A DNA stretch of 64,000 nucleotides from Candidatus Omnitrophota bacterium. Its GTDB lineage: Bacteria; Omnitrophota; Omnitrophia; Omnitrophales; Aquincolibacteriaceae. Below, piece after piece: positions 38,421 through 48,366 of the stretch; positions within the stretch are counted from its first letter, which is position 1, and every line of letters begins with the position of its first letter. The DNA lies in assembly GCA_035352955.1 (NCBI GenBank), contig DAOPYQ010000011.1:139-64138 (forward strand), given 5' to 3'. The notes below the pieces were generated by a model. That model saw only the letters and a list, made by a program, of their open reading frames with translations. It was not told the DNA's origin and searched no databases. A program made the position numbers and the translations under genes.

Positions 38421-39014
38421 CTAACGACTTGAACCGACCCTCTCAAGCCTTCCTTTTTCAATAGAACCCTGGGCCTGTCCCAAAAGCATTAAGGCCTCCC
38501 GGGCCCTTTTAAGTCTCGAGCGAACCGTATTGATATTGATCCCGAGACTTTGCGCGATCGCCTGATAATCCAGTCCGTCGATCTCGCGAAGAACCAGACA
38601 GGCGCGCTGGTCGGGGTTCAATTGATCCAGCAAAACTTTGAGCTGCCGCTGCATATCTTCCTCTTCGATATTCCGCGTCACCGTTGCCGTGACCGTAATA
38701 CCTGCGGGAACCGGTTCATCGTACTCGACCTCGCGGCCCGAAACACGGTTCCTTTTTTTGACGGCGTTAAGCGCCGTATTGACCGCGACACGGTAAAGCC
38801 AGGTCTTAAAAGACGATTCGAATTTGAAAGAGCAGAGTTCCTTATGAAGCTTGAGAAAAACATCCTGTGTGACTTCCTCGGCATCGTGCTTTCGGCCGGT
38901 GATCCGGTAAGCCAAAGCATAGACGAACCCCGAAGCCTTTTGATAGACCTCCCGGAACGCGACCATGTCCCCCGCTCCCGCCCTGACAATCAGTTCTTTC
39001 TCGATCTCCTGCAT
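38421..39014 (-). CDS. ECF (sigma-70 family group IV) RNA polymerase sigma factor
   Basis: Sigma-70 regions 2 and 4 (FLKLHKEL..., DYQAIAQSLGININTVRSRLKRAR). Confidence 0.9.
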   Translation of the reverse strand: MQEIEKELIVRAGAGDMVAFREVYQKASGFVYALAYRITGRKHDAEEVTQDVFLKLHKELCSFKFESSFKTWLYRVAVNTALNAVKKRNRVSGREVEYDEPVPAGITVTATVTRNIEEEDMQRQLKVLLDQLNPDQRACLVLREIDGLDYQAIAQSLGININTVRSRLKRAREALMLLGQAQGSIEKGRLERVGSSR

Positions 39015-39040
39015 CGTGGAGCCCTCTGACCTTCGCCTGC

Positions 39041-39069
39041 TTTGACACCCATCCCCGGATTAAAGTTCC
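39041..39069 (-). promoter_or_regulatory. SigmaE-type (ECF) promoter upstream of the ECF sigma gene
   Basis: Minus-strand sense GGAACTT, 17-nt spacer, TCAAA, 26 nt upstream of the ATG. Matches the E. coli sigmaE consensus (GGAACTT-N16-TCAAA). Confidence 0.55.
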
Positions 39070-39081
39070 CTATTTCGCCGT

Positions 39082-39121
39082 AAAAACAGACATGGCCCGG
39101 AGAAAACCTCCGGGCCATGTC
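39082..39121 (-). terminator. Rho-independent terminator after the small secreted-protein gene
   Basis: Perfect 13-bp palindrome GACATGGCCCGGA-gaaaacc-TCCGGGCCATGTC (39089-39121), followed on the minus strand by TGTTTTTA. Confidence 0.7.
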
Positions 39122-39152
39122 CCTCAAAACCCACCGCGTTAAAACTTTTCCG

Positions 39153-39437
39153 TTAAAATCCGAGCTTCTTTTTCATATCTCCGGCGGCTTTTTGGGCTTG
39201 CTTGGCCGCCTTTTCCGCTTCTCGTTTGGTGCAAGCGGCCATACGATCCGCCTTCCGCTTGACGAGGATCTGGTCTTTTTCCATATCCTTCTTTCCGAGC
39301 GTCGCGAGCCAGTCTCCGGCATCATCGATCGAACTGTTCTTCGTACAATCCACCGCCGCATAAGCAGCCTGCCCGGCGATCCCGCCCAACATGATCGCTA
39401 AAACCAACAACGCAAAAATAAATTTCTTCATGGTCAA
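39153..39437 (-). CDS. Small secreted protein (94 aa), unknown function
   Basis: Signal peptide MTMKKFIFALLVLAIMLGGIAGQAAYA, two Cys, Lys-rich C-terminus. Confidence 0.45.
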   Translation of the reverse strand: MTMKKFIFALLVLAIMLGGIAGQAAYAAVDCTKNSSIDDAGDWLATLGKKDMEKDQILVKRKADRMAACTKREAEKAAKQAQKAAGDMKKKLGF

Positions 39438-39513
39438 ACCCCCTTGTTGGATTTTTTAAAACTCCGGAGAACGGATTTATTATAGAGAGAATCCGCCGGA
39501 GAAACCAGAGGAA

Positions 39514-39837
39514 TCAGATCTGGAACGACCCGGCAACCTGCTGGTAAAGAACGATGATGTTTTTCACCGCATTGACCACCGCCGCTCCCAGAAAATAAGT
39601 CAGCCCAAAAATGATCGCGGTAATGATCCACTTCTTGAGAACGCTATAGCGGGGATTAAACCATACAAGCGGCAAGGCAAGCGGTCCGACGGTCAGAAAA
39701 CAAAGAACGAGAAAACCGGGCTTGCCATACCAAGGCGTTTTGGGCTGGGCGTCCGGTATCGCAAGGAATTCGCCGCAGAAACGGCATTTGACGGCCTCCT
39801 CCTGGATCTCTTCGGCGCAAAACGGACATTTTTTCAT
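39514..39837 (-). CDS. Zinc-ribbon membrane protein (107 aa)
   Basis: N-terminal CPFC...CRFC zinc ribbon followed by two TM helices. Confidence 0.5.
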   Translation of the reverse strand: MKKCPFCAEEIQEEAVKCRFCGEFLAIPDAQPKTPWYGKPGFLVLCFLTVGPLALPLVWFNPRYSVLKKWIITAIIFGLTYFLGAAVVNAVKNIIVLYQQVAGSFQI

Positions 39838-40076
39838 CAGGACCTCTTCAGAAACCTTTTAAGCCTGGAAAATAAACGCCCCCAGGAAAAACCTTCGCGG
39901 AGGACCTCCCCGCAAAAAATACAGGTTCCGCTGTTTCGTGGCGTCTCCCGTTTGCAAGAGGCACAAACCCAGGATCCGGTCTCACGATCTTCCGCTTCCC
40001 ACTTCTTGCGAAGCTTCTCGGGCGGGACCTCCTCCCCGACCTCCCACTCTTTCGGCTCTTCGTCACCCTGGAACAT
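39837..40076 (-). CDS. Small zinc-ribbon protein (79 aa)
   Basis: CASC...CIFC ribbon; its stop overlaps the start of 39514..39837. Confidence 0.45.
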   Translation of the reverse strand: MFQGDEEPKEWEVGEEVPPEKLRKKWEAEDRETGSWVCASCKRETPRNSGTCIFCGEVLREGFSWGRLFSRLKRFLKRS

Positions 40077-40110
40077 GTGATCGGCCCTCCCGGAACAAGC
40101 TCCCGGCCAA

Positions 40111-40150
40111 AAAGAAAAAAACCGGGCAGTTAAAGGCCCGGTTTTTTTCT
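40111..40150 (-). terminator. Rho-independent terminator (stem AACCGGG / CCCGGTT) flanked by A- and T-runs
   Basis: The hairpin at 40120-40143 has a T-run on both strands. On the minus strand it follows the stop of the 40175..40351 gene. Confidence 0.6.
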
Positions 40151-40174
40151 AAAAATCACGCGAAACATCGCAAA

Positions 40175-40351
40175 CTATTTCTGGAGCTGATACGTCGGCA
40201 CAAGCTTGCGGATCTTGGCGACCACCTGCCCGCGATCGCTCTCGGACGTGGCTGCTTTAAGACGCGCGGCAAGCTTCCGAAGTTTCACGTGCCGCTTGCG
40301 CTTCTGCCGGATCTCCGACCGGCGTCTCCGTTTTCTTCCTGCTAATGACAT
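40175..40351 (-). CDS. Very basic 58-aa protein (not in the ORF track; below its apparent length cut-off)
   Basis: Translates to MSLAGRKRRRRSEIRQKRKRHVKLRKLAARLKAATSESDRGQVVAKIRKLVPTYQLQK and has its own terminator; no family recognised. Confidence 0.35.
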   Translation of the reverse strand: MSLAGRKRRRRSEIRQKRKRHVKLRKLAARLKAATSESDRGQVVAKIRKLVPTYQLQK

Positions 40352-40421
40352 AGTGCTGTCCTTTCGTTACTGTCTGCGTTTGCGTGCATTATATCCAGAA
40401 CCCCCCGGCAAGCAAGCTTCC

Positions 40422-41186
40422 TCAAGCCTTGAGCTTGGGAAGATCCCCGGTCAGATACCGGATCGCATAATGGGCCACGGCAAGGCCGAACGCTCCGGTG
40501 ACCGTGGGAAGGCTCCCGAGCTTCCGTCGCTGGCGGCCGCGGGGATACACCTCTTCCTCGTTCGAAAGATTCAGCGTACTAAGCCGCGCCTTGATCTCCG
40601 GCGGAACCGGCGCGTCGGAGTAAACACAGAAGATCCCCTTCCGGATCCCCCGCCGGCGAAGCCAGGAGCGGATGACCCTTGCGAGCGGACAGCCCGTCGT
40701 TTTGAAAAGATCCCCGGCCTTGATCCCGAAAATGTCCGTCCGGAGCGCCGCTCCCATCGAGGAAATGACCGGGATCTTTTTCCTGTGGCAGAATTCCAGG
40801 ATCTGCGTTTTCGGATTCACCGAATCCACGGCATCGATCACCAGATCGGGAGTCCCGGAGAGAAGCTCCTCCATCGTTTCTTCGGCCGCAAACCCGTGGA
40901 CCGCCTCGACGTTGCAATGCGGGTTGATCTGCGCGATGCGCTCTTTCGCCGCCTCGGCCTTGAGCTTCCCGAGATTCGGCTCGATCGCGAGGATGTGGCG
41001 GTTAAAGTTGGTCTCCTTGATCGCGTCAAAATCCACCAGCCGCAAGCGCCCGATGCCGCTCCGCGCGAGGGCTTCGGTCGCGTAGCTCCCGACCGCGCCG
41101 ATCCCGATCACCACGACAAAAGATTTTTTGAGCCGTTCGACTTTTTCCTTGCCGATCAAAAGCTCAATGCAAAAAAGACGTCCCAT
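40422..41186 (-). CDS. tcdA: tRNA threonylcarbamoyladenosine dehydratase (ThiF/MoeB-like, TcdA/CsdL)
   Basis: Start at the internal MGRLFCIELL. Nucleotide-binding Rossmann motif VVVIGIGAVGSYATEALARSGIG. The upstream ORF-track extension overlaps tatD. Confidence 0.8.
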   Translation of the reverse strand: MGRLFCIELLIGKEKVERLKKSFVVVIGIGAVGSYATEALARSGIGRLRLVDFDAIKETNFNRHILAIEPNLGKLKAEAAKERIAQINPHCNVEAVHGFAAEETMEELLSGTPDLVIDAVDSVNPKTQILEFCHRKKIPVISSMGAALRTDIFGIKAGDLFKTTGCPLARVIRSWLRRRGIRKGIFCVYSDAPVPPEIKARLSTLNLSNEEEVYPRGRQRRKLGSLPTVTGAFGLAVAHYAIRYLTGDLPKLKA

Positions 41187-41955
41187 TGTCCCACACCGTT
41201 TTCTGTAAAATTTCGACGCCGGTCTCCCGCGCCTCCGCAACGATCGCATACGTCTCATGAAGACACCGGAAATACTTTGCCGCATCGGCATCTTCGCCGA
41301 TCTTTCCCGGCTCCGTATAGGGAAAATCCGTTTCGAGCAGTAACCGGTCGTCCGGAACCCGCCGGACCAATTCGAGGACCCGATCGCTCTTGTCCCGTAA
41401 AATCTTCCATGAAAACGAAATAAAAGCGCCGAGATCGAGGAACTCGCGAAGCACTCCCGCGGAACCGTTGAATGAATGGACCATGCACCGAAGACCGGCG
41501 GGCTTCTGCGCACGCAAAGCCGTCAAAAGTTCTCCCCATGCCCGTGCGCAATGCACCGCCACCGGCCGCGACAATCGCCCCGCCATCGCAAGCTGCGCCC
41601 GAAAGACCTGTTTTTGCCGTTCAAAACTTTCCGCCGCACGCGCCCGGTCGAGCCCGACCTCGCCGATCCCCGCCCCGGGATGGATTTCAAGCATCTTTTC
41701 GAGTTGCACTTCCCAACCCTCGGCCACCTGCCCGCCGTTCCACGGATGAACGCCAAAGAACGGTACGATCCGTTCATCCCGGTAAGCGATCGCTTCCACA
41801 CGCGGCCAATCCTCCGGACGGATCCCGTTACAGAGAAATCTTCCGATCCCGGCCGAGGGGGCCGGGTCCAGGATGCCCGCGAGCACACGCTCGTCCTTGA
41901 TGTCTTGAAAATGAAGATGCGCGTCGATCAGCATGGAGGAATTATAAAGTGGCAA
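41164..41955 (-). CDS. tatD: TatD-family metal-dependent deoxyribonuclease
   Basis: LIDAHLHF and GEVGLD motifs. Confidence 0.85.
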   Translation of the reverse strand: MPLYNSSMLIDAHLHFQDIKDERVLAGILDPAPSAGIGRFLCNGIRPEDWPRVEAIAYRDERIVPFFGVHPWNGGQVAEGWEVQLEKMLEIHPGAGIGEVGLDRARAAESFERQKQVFRAQLAMAGRLSRPVAVHCARAWGELLTALRAQKPAGLRCMVHSFNGSAGVLREFLDLGAFISFSWKILRDKSDRVLELVRRVPDDRLLLETDFPYTEPGKIGEDADAAKYFRCLHETYAIVAEARETGVEILQKTVWDNGTSFLH

Positions 41956-42018
41956 CGTTCACGACGCAAAGAAAAAGGCCGGAGCCTAGGGCTCCGGCCT
42001 TTACTTGAAACAGTTTTT

Positions 42019-43593
42019 TCAGGACTCAAAAAGACTGAGGGAGGAAAAGTCGGTATCGGTGGTCAGATTGATGCCGAGCTTTCTCAATCCCTTTTCGTCG
42101 CCCGAGGTGGGAATGTGGGTCATGTGAGCTTCTGTTCCGCGGAGCTCCTTTAGCTTTTCCATCGCCACTTGCGCCGTCGGATTGCTGGCGGCACAAATGC
42201 TCAACGCGATCAGGATCTCCTCAAGATCGAGGCTCACGGCCCGGGAGTTGAACACGGTCCGGCGAAGGTTTCCGATCGACTCGATGATATTCGGCGCGAG
42301 CAAATGGATCTGGTCCGGGATGCCCGCCAGCTTTTTGACCGCGTTCAGCACAAGACTGGAGGCCGCATGCATCAGTGCGGAATTCTTTCCCGTGATGATG
42401 GAACCGTCCGCGAGCTCGATCGCCGCGCCGCAAAAGATCCCCTTGTTCCCTTCGCCTTTGTGCATCGCCTCCTGGGCGGCACGCCGCGCCGGGTCGACCA
42501 CGCGCCGGTCCTCGGGCTTGGCCTCGAGATTTTTCATCAGAAGTTCCGCGCGCTCCACCGCTTCCTTTTCCACAAACCCGAGCCGGTATTCGCACGCGTA
42601 GCGGAAATAGCGCGATATCACTTCCTGGACAGCCGCTTTTTTCACCACATCGTCGTGCGTGATCGCAAAACCCGCGCGGTTCACCCCCATATCCGTCGGA
42701 GATTTGTAAACGCCCTCGTCGCCCATGATCTTTTTGAGGATCCTCCGGATCACGGGGAACACTTCGATGTCGCGGTTGTAGTTCACCGTTGTTTTACCGA
42801 AGGCTTCGAGGTGGAACGAATCGACCATGTTGACATCGCCAAGGTCCGCCGTGGCAGATTCGTAAGCGACGTTCACCGGATGGTTCAGCGGCAGATTCCA
42901 GATCGGGAAAGTCTCAAACTTGGCGTACCCGCTGCTCAAGCCGAGCTTGTGATCATGGTAAAGCTGGGAAAGACACGTCGCGAGCTTGCCGCTGCCGGGG
43001 CCGGGTGCCGTCACGACGACGAGAGGTTTTTTCGTCTCGATATATTCGTTCGCACCGTAACCCTCGTCGCTTACGATCGTCTCGACGTCGGTCGGATAAC
43101 CTTTTGTGAAGCGATGGGTGTAAACACGGATACCGCGACGCTCGAGCTTGTTCTTGAAGATCTTCGCGGCGGGCTGATCGGCAAAGCGCGTGATCACGAC
43201 ACCTGCCACGTCCAGATCCCAACTGCGCAGATCGTCGATCAGCTTGAACGCATCGGCATCATAGGTGATCCCAAAATCCGCGCGGACCTTCCGGCGTTCG
43301 ATGTCGCCCGAATGGATACAAAGGATGATGTCGGCCTGGTCCTTGAGCTTGTGGAGAAGGCGCATCTTGACGTTGGGGTCGAACCCCGGAAGAACCCGCG
43401 CGGCGTGGTAATCAAAGAGGAGCTTGCCGCCGAATTCGAGGTAAAGTTTGTCGCTGAACTTTTTGACGCGTTTCAGAATTTCCGCGCTTTGTTCTTTCAG
43501 ATATTTTTCGTTATCAAAACCGATCTTCTTACCGCCCCATCCGTCTTTCTTTTTCGCAACAGACTCCGCACTGTCCATGACCACCCCTTCCAC
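42019..43593 (-). CDS. DUF1846 / UPF0371 family protein
   Basis: The N-terminus ([22 protein letters not shown]...[25 protein letters not shown]) closely resembles UPF0371 proteins. Confidence 0.7.
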   Translation of the reverse strand: MEGVVMDSAESVAKKKDGWGGKKIGFDNEKYLKEQSAEILKRVKKFSDKLYLEFGGKLLFDYHAARVLPGFDPNVKMRLLHKLKDQADIILCIHSGDIERRKVRADFGITYDADAFKLIDDLRSWDLDVAGVVITRFADQPAAKIFKNKLERRGIRVYTHRFTKGYPTDVETIVSDEGYGANEYIETKKPLVVVTAPGPGSGKLATCLSQLYHDHKLGLSSGYAKFETFPIWNLPLNHPVNVAYESATADLGDVNMVDSFHLEAFGKTTVNYNRDIEVFPVIRRILKKIMGDEGVYKSPTDMGVNRAGFAITHDDVVKKAAVQEVISRYFRYACEYRLGFVEKEAVERAELLMKNLEAKPEDRRVVDPARRAAQEAMHKGEGNKGIFCGAAIELADGSIITGKNSALMHAASSLVLNAVKKLAGIPDQIHLLAPNIIESIGNLRRTVFNSRAVSLDLEEILIALSICAASNPTAQVAMEKLKELRGTEAHMTHIPTSGDEKGLRKLGINLTTDTDFSSLSLFES

Positions 43594-43756
43594 TTTTCAC
43601 CTCCCCTGATGAAAACTTTTTACCGGTAGCACGCTGCGTCATTCTAATACAGAAAAATAAAAAAGCCATCCGGACTTCGCGGAAAAGTCTCCCCCAGCGG
43701 GGGCAGGTTTGCACCTTGGGAAGATTTTCAGGAAGACCGGCGAAGGAAAAACGGCT

Positions 43757-46700
43757 TCAGGCTTTCTTTTCTTGGGGAACGTAACTCTGGCGCTCGAATT
43801 TCGCGAAGATCTCGTACGCGCACGGCACCACAAAAAGCGTCAGGATCGTGGAGACCGTCACGCCGCCCACCACCGAAACCGCCATCGGCACCATGGTCTC
43901 AGAGCCGGCGCCGAATGCGATCGCCGCAGGCACGGCCGCCGCGATCGTCGAGATCGAGGTCATCAGGATCGGCCGGAGACGGATCGGGCACGCGTCAAGA
44001 AGCGCGCCGCGAACCTCCATCCCCTGCCGGCGCCGTTCGTTGGTGAAATCCACCAGAAGGATCGAGTTCTTTTTCACGATCCCCATCAACAGGATCAGGC
44101 CGATCATGCTGTAGAGGTTGATCGAGTTGCGGCTGATCCAGAGCGCGACAAATGCCCCCGTCACGCTGAACGGCAACGCAAGCAACACGGTGAACGGATG
44201 GATGAAACTGTTGAACTGCGTCGCCAGGACCATATACGCCACAAAGATCCCGAGGATCAACGCGAACCAAAGGCTTCCGAAAGATTCCTTGAACGCCTGC
44301 GCGCCGCCGGAAAAAACGATGTGGTAGTGATCGGGCAACACGTTCTTCGCGATCTTCTGGACCTTGTCGAGCGCTTCCTGCTGGGAATACCCCGGCGCGG
44401 GGTTCGCGTAAATACTGATCGCGCGTTCCCGGTTCTTGCGTGTGATCGAGAAAAGCGACGGCTTCGTTTCCGCCGTCACAACATCAAGAAGCGGGACCAC
44501 CTCGCCGTACTGGTTGCGAACCCACATTTTCTGAAGGTCTTTCGGGCTCGACCGGTCCTTTTCGGTCAGACGCACGCGGATATCGTACCGCTTGCCATTA
44601 CTCGTGAACTTGCCGATGCGCACGCCCCCGACCATCGCGTTGATCGTATTCGCGATCGAAAGAATGCTGACGCCGCGGTCCGCCGCCTTTTGCCGGTCGG
44701 GATGGATCTGAAGCTCGGGCATCCCCAAAAGATAATCGGTATCGATATCAGTCATCATTTTGGAAGCTTTCATCTCATCCATGATCTTTCCGCTGAGCTC
44801 CCCGAGTTTCTCCCAGTCGGGACCGCGGACCGTGAACTCGACCGGGAAACCGCGCTGCGCCGTGAACCCGGTCTGCGAAAGGTCCTGGATGACCGCACGG
44901 TCGACGCCGGACAGCGTGTTGAACTTTTTACGGAGGATCTGCATAAATTCCTGCTGGGTTTCGCGACGGCCGTTCACCCTGGGCCTTTCGCCCCGGGGTT
45001 TCATCGTGACAAGAATAAAACCCTGGTTGACCATCCCGCCCCCGCCCCCGCCTCCGATCCCGCTAAAAACAGTCGCCACTTCGGGACATTGCATGAGGAA
45101 CGCTTCTGCCTCCTTAAAAACCTTGTCGGTCTCTTCCATCGAAGAACCGAGAGGCAACATGATCTGGACCCGGAACCGGCTCTGGTCCTGCGACGGAACG
45201 AACTCTTTTTTCAAAAAGAACGTGAGCAGAATCGACGCAACGAAGATCATCCCGGCGGCAACAAGCACCTTTTTGCGGTGCCCGAGACAGTACACGAGCG
45301 ACGTCTTGTACCACGCCGTCAGCCGCGTCATCAGAGAATCCATCCCCTTGCCGAGACGCGTCGTGTGACCGACATCAAGGAACTGCGAGCAGCGCATCGG
45401 CGCGATCGTGAGCGCTTCCAGAAGCGAGAACATCACCGCGACCGAGATCGCAACGCCGAACTGAAAAAAGAAACGGCCGATGACGCCCTGCATGAAGATC
45501 ACGGGCACGAAGATGGCGAGGATCGCGATCGAGGTCGCAAGCGCCGCGAACGTGATCTCGCGCGCCCCAACCACCGCAGCCTCCACGCGGCCGAGCCCTT
45601 TCTCCTGATACCGCGAAATGTTCTCGAGCACCATGATCGCGTCGTCCACCACGATCCCGATCACCAGCGACAATCCGAGCATGGTAAAAGTATTGATCGT
45701 AAATCCCATAAAATAGATGACAAGGAACGCTCCCATCAGCGCCGTCGGGATCGCGAGCAGGACGTTGATGGTCGCGCTCCAGGAACCGAGGAAGAGAAAA
45801 CAGACCAGTGACGTCAGGATGATCGCGAGTACGAGGTTCCGCTCCAGCTCGTCGACCGATTCGCGGATGAATTGCGTGCTGTCGAAGACAATCTTGAGTT
45901 CCATGCCGGACGGAAGGAGCGGCTCGAGTTCTTTTATCCGTTTTTTCACCGCGTCCGCGACCGCCATGGCGTTCGTTCCGCGCTGTTTCACGATCCCCAT
46001 CCCGATCGCGCGCTTCCCCCAATCCCGCGAGATGCGGCGGATATCGGCAAGTCCGTCCTCGACGCTGCCGACATCGCCAATCCGCATACTCTTCCAGATC
46101 GGACCGCCACGGACACGCTGCGGAATGATGATGCTCTCAAATTGTTGCGGCGTCGCGGCCTCACCGTAGACCCGGACGTTGATCTCCTGACGGCCGGTGT
46201 CGATATAACCGGCCGGAAGGTCCGTGTGCTGCGCCCCGATCGCGTTCAAGACGTCCTCGACCGTCAGCTCCGCCGCCTGCATCTTCTGCGCGTCCAGCCA
46301 GACGCGAAGATTCGGATCCACGAACCCGCCCAGCCGGACCTCCCCGACGCCGGCGACGGTCGTAAACTGGTCCTTCAACGTTTCGCTGATGTAGTGCGTG
46401 AGGTCCTTGATGGACCGGTCGCCGGAAAGCGAGATCCAGATGATCGGCTGGTCCTCGGGATTGGTCTTCGTAACGACGGGCGGGTCGATGTCACGCGGAA
46501 GATTGCGCTGCGCCTGCGCGATCTTCGTCTGCACTTCCTGGAGCGCGGCGTCGATCGAACGGTTCAAATTGAATTCAATGGTGATCTGGGAAGAACCCTG
46601 CCGCGAGGTCGAGGTGACCTCCTTGATGCCTTCGATGCTCATGACGGCGTCTTCAACGATGTCCGTCACTTCCGTCTCCATCACTTCCGGCGCCGCACCT

Positions 46701-46855
46701 TCCCACGTGATCGAAACGTTCACGACCGGATAATCAACGTCCGGGAGCTGGCCGACACCGAGCTGCACGAACCCGATCCAGCCGAAGACAATGATCCCGA
46801 TCATCAGCATCCAGGCGAAAACGGGATTCTTGATCGAGATATCCGAAAGCGTCAT
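43757..46855 (-). CDS. RND efflux transporter permease (AcrB/HAE1 family)
   Basis: 1032 aa, 12 TM segments, two large periplasmic loops; typical AcrB N-terminus MTLSDISIKNPVFAWML. Confidence 0.9.
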   Translation of the reverse strand: MTLSDISIKNPVFAWMLMIGIIVFGWIGFVQLGVGQLPDVDYPVVNVSITWEGAAPEVMETEVTDIVEDAVMSIEGIKEVTSTSRQGSSQITIEFNLNRSIDAALQEVQTKIAQAQRNLPRDIDPPVVTKTNPEDQPIIWISLSGDRSIKDLTHYISETLKDQFTTVAGVGEVRLGGFVDPNLRVWLDAQKMQAAELTVEDVLNAIGAQHTDLPAGYIDTGRQEINVRVYGEAATPQQFESIIIPQRVRGGPIWKSMRIGDVGSVEDGLADIRRISRDWGKRAIGMGIVKQRGTNAMAVADAVKKRIKELEPLLPSGMELKIVFDSTQFIRESVDELERNLVLAIILTSLVCFLFLGSWSATINVLLAIPTALMGAFLVIYFMGFTINTFTMLGLSLVIGIVVDDAIMVLENISRYQEKGLGRVEAAVVGAREITFAALATSIAILAIFVPVIFMQGVIGRFFFQFGVAISVAVMFSLLEALTIAPMRCSQFLDVGHTTRLGKGMDSLMTRLTAWYKTSLVYCLGHRKKVLVAAGMIFVASILLTFFLKKEFVPSQDQSRFRVQIMLPLGSSMEETDKVFKEAEAFLMQCPEVATVFSGIGGGGGGGMVNQGFILVTMKPRGERPRVNGRRETQQEFMQILRKKFNTLSGVDRAVIQDLSQTGFTAQRGFPVEFTVRGPDWEKLGELSGKIMDEMKASKMMTDIDTDYLLGMPELQIHPDRQKAADRGVSILSIANTINAMVGGVRIGKFTSNGKRYDIRVRLTEKDRSSPKDLQKMWVRNQYGEVVPLLDVVTAETKPSLFSITRKNRERAISIYANPAPGYSQQEALDKVQKIAKNVLPDHYHIVFSGGAQAFKESFGSLWFALILGIFVAYMVLATQFNSFIHPFTVLLALPFSVTGAFVALWISRNSINLYSMIGLILLMGIVKKNSILLVDFTNERRRQGMEVRGALLDACPIRLRPILMTSISTIAAAVPAAIAFGAGSETMVPMAVSVVGGVTVSTILTLFVVPCAYEIFAKFERQSYVPQEKKA

Positions 46856-46985
46856 GAAGGAATGTTATCAGCTGACCGGAGGAAAAGGAACGGCTTTTTA
46901 AAAAACAAACCGGACGGGTTTTATATATTGACGCAAACGCCGCATGCGAATATCCTGATGGAATCGTAACCGCCGGGATGATGAA

Positions 46986-47948
46986 ATGCCACAGGATCGC
47001 AATGAATTAAAACTTTTATTCCACGAGCTTGAAGATCCTTACAAGCAGCTCCGGCTCGCCTTTTTCCTGATCAGCGTCATTCCGATCCTTGCCCTTCTCT
47101 ATATTCTCTGCGACAAGGTTCTCTCTGCCGGAAAATCCCTTTCGGACCTGGCTCCCATCCTTTTCTTCGCTTGCCTGATCATCGTCCTCGGCTATATTGC
47201 CGGCTACCGTGTCATCCGGAATATCCTGAACAAGATCCTGTCCTACGCGGCCAAGGCAAAGCGTGCCGACGAACTCAAATCGGCCTTCGCGCTGTCCCTC
47301 GCGCACGACCTCAAAAGCCCGCTGGCCGTGATCAAGGCAAGCCTTTCCAATCTGAAGGCGGGATTCCTCGGCGCACTGACCCCCCAGCAGGTCGAAACGG
47401 TCGACATTTGTAACGGGGTCACCGACCGGATGGATACCATCCTCATGGGGCTCATCAACAACTACAAGATAGAAGCCCACATGGCCGAGGTCACGATGTC
47501 CGATTTCGACCTCCGGGAACTCATCAAGGAACAGGGCCGCGAATTTGAAGTGATCGCCGGCGCCAAACACATCACCCTATCGGTCCTGCTGCCCAAACGT
47601 TCCCTGCCGTTCCGGGGTGACAAGACCATGATCCTCCGCGCCATCAATAACCTCGTAAGCAACGCCATCAAATATACGCCGCCCGGAGGCTCCGTCATGG
47701 TGAACGCGCACGCCGCGGAGGATCTCGCAAAGATCGAAGTCCTGAACACCGGAGCCCCGATTCCCGACGACCGCCTCGAACGGATCTTCGACAAGTTTGA
47801 GCGCCTAGACCGCTCCGTGGAAGGCGAAGGGCTTGGACTCGCGATCGCCAAAGACATCGTGGAACTTCACAAGGGAAAGATCTGGGCCACAAGCGGGATT
47901 GGTAAACCGAACTGTTTTACGATATTATTGGCTTTGGCAAAGGAGTGA
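46986..47948 (+). CDS. Sensor histidine kinase (2 TM, HisKA, HATPase_c)
   Basis: H-box SLAHDLKSPL, N-box NNLVSNAIKYT, G-box GEGLGLAI. Confidence 0.85.
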   Translation: MPQDRNELKLLFHELEDPYKQLRLAFFLISVIPILALLYILCDKVLSAGKSLSDLAPILFFACLIIVLGYIAGYRVIRNILNKILSYAAKAKRADELKSAFALSLAHDLKSPLAVIKASLSNLKAGFLGALTPQQVETVDICNGVTDRMDTILMGLINNYKIEAHMAEVTMSDFDLRELIKEQGREFEVIAGAKHITLSVLLPKRSLPFRGDKTMILRAINNLVSNAIKYTPPGGSVMVNAHAAEDLAKIEVLNTGAPIPDDRLERIFDKFERLDRSVEGEGLGLAIAKDIVELHKGKIWATSGIGKPNCFTILLALAKE

Positions 47949-47952
47949 TGCT

Positions 47953-48327
47953 TTGAGCAAACCTAAAATCCTGATCGTTGATGATGAACAAAGCTTTATC
48001 CTGGCACTGGCGACCTTTTTGATCGGTCACGGCTATCAGGTCCTCACCGCTTATGACGCGACTTACGCCATGCGGTGGGCCAACAAGGAAGAGGTCGATC
48101 TCGTGGTCCTGGACCTTGGCCTCCCGGCCGGGGGAGGGTTGTTCGTACTCGAAAACCTCCGGAGGCTTCCGAAGACCATCGCCCTCCCGGTCATCATCTC
48201 GACCGCCGATGTCACCGAAGGGATCAAGGACAAGGTCATGAAGATGGGCGCAAGCGATTTCATCCCCAAACCCTACAACCTCGAAAAGCTCCTCGAAAAG
48301 ATCCAGCGCTTCGTCCCGGCAAAATAA
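47953..48327 (+). CDS. Stand-alone receiver-domain response regulator (CheY-like)
   Basis: KILIVDDE...VVLDLGLP...KPY. The likely start is TTG at 47953, 7 nt downstream of an AAGGAG Shine-Dalgarno; the ORF-track upstream extension is out-of-context. Confidence 0.65.
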   Translation: MSKPKILIVDDEQSFILALATFLIGHGYQVLTAYDATYAMRWANKEEVDLVVLDLGLPAGGGLFVLENLRRLPKTIALPVIISTADVTEGIKDKVMKMGASDFIPKPYNLEKLLEKIQRFVPAK

Positions 48328-48366
48328 GAAAACTCTTTTTTCGCGCGGCGGAACCTACCGGACCCA

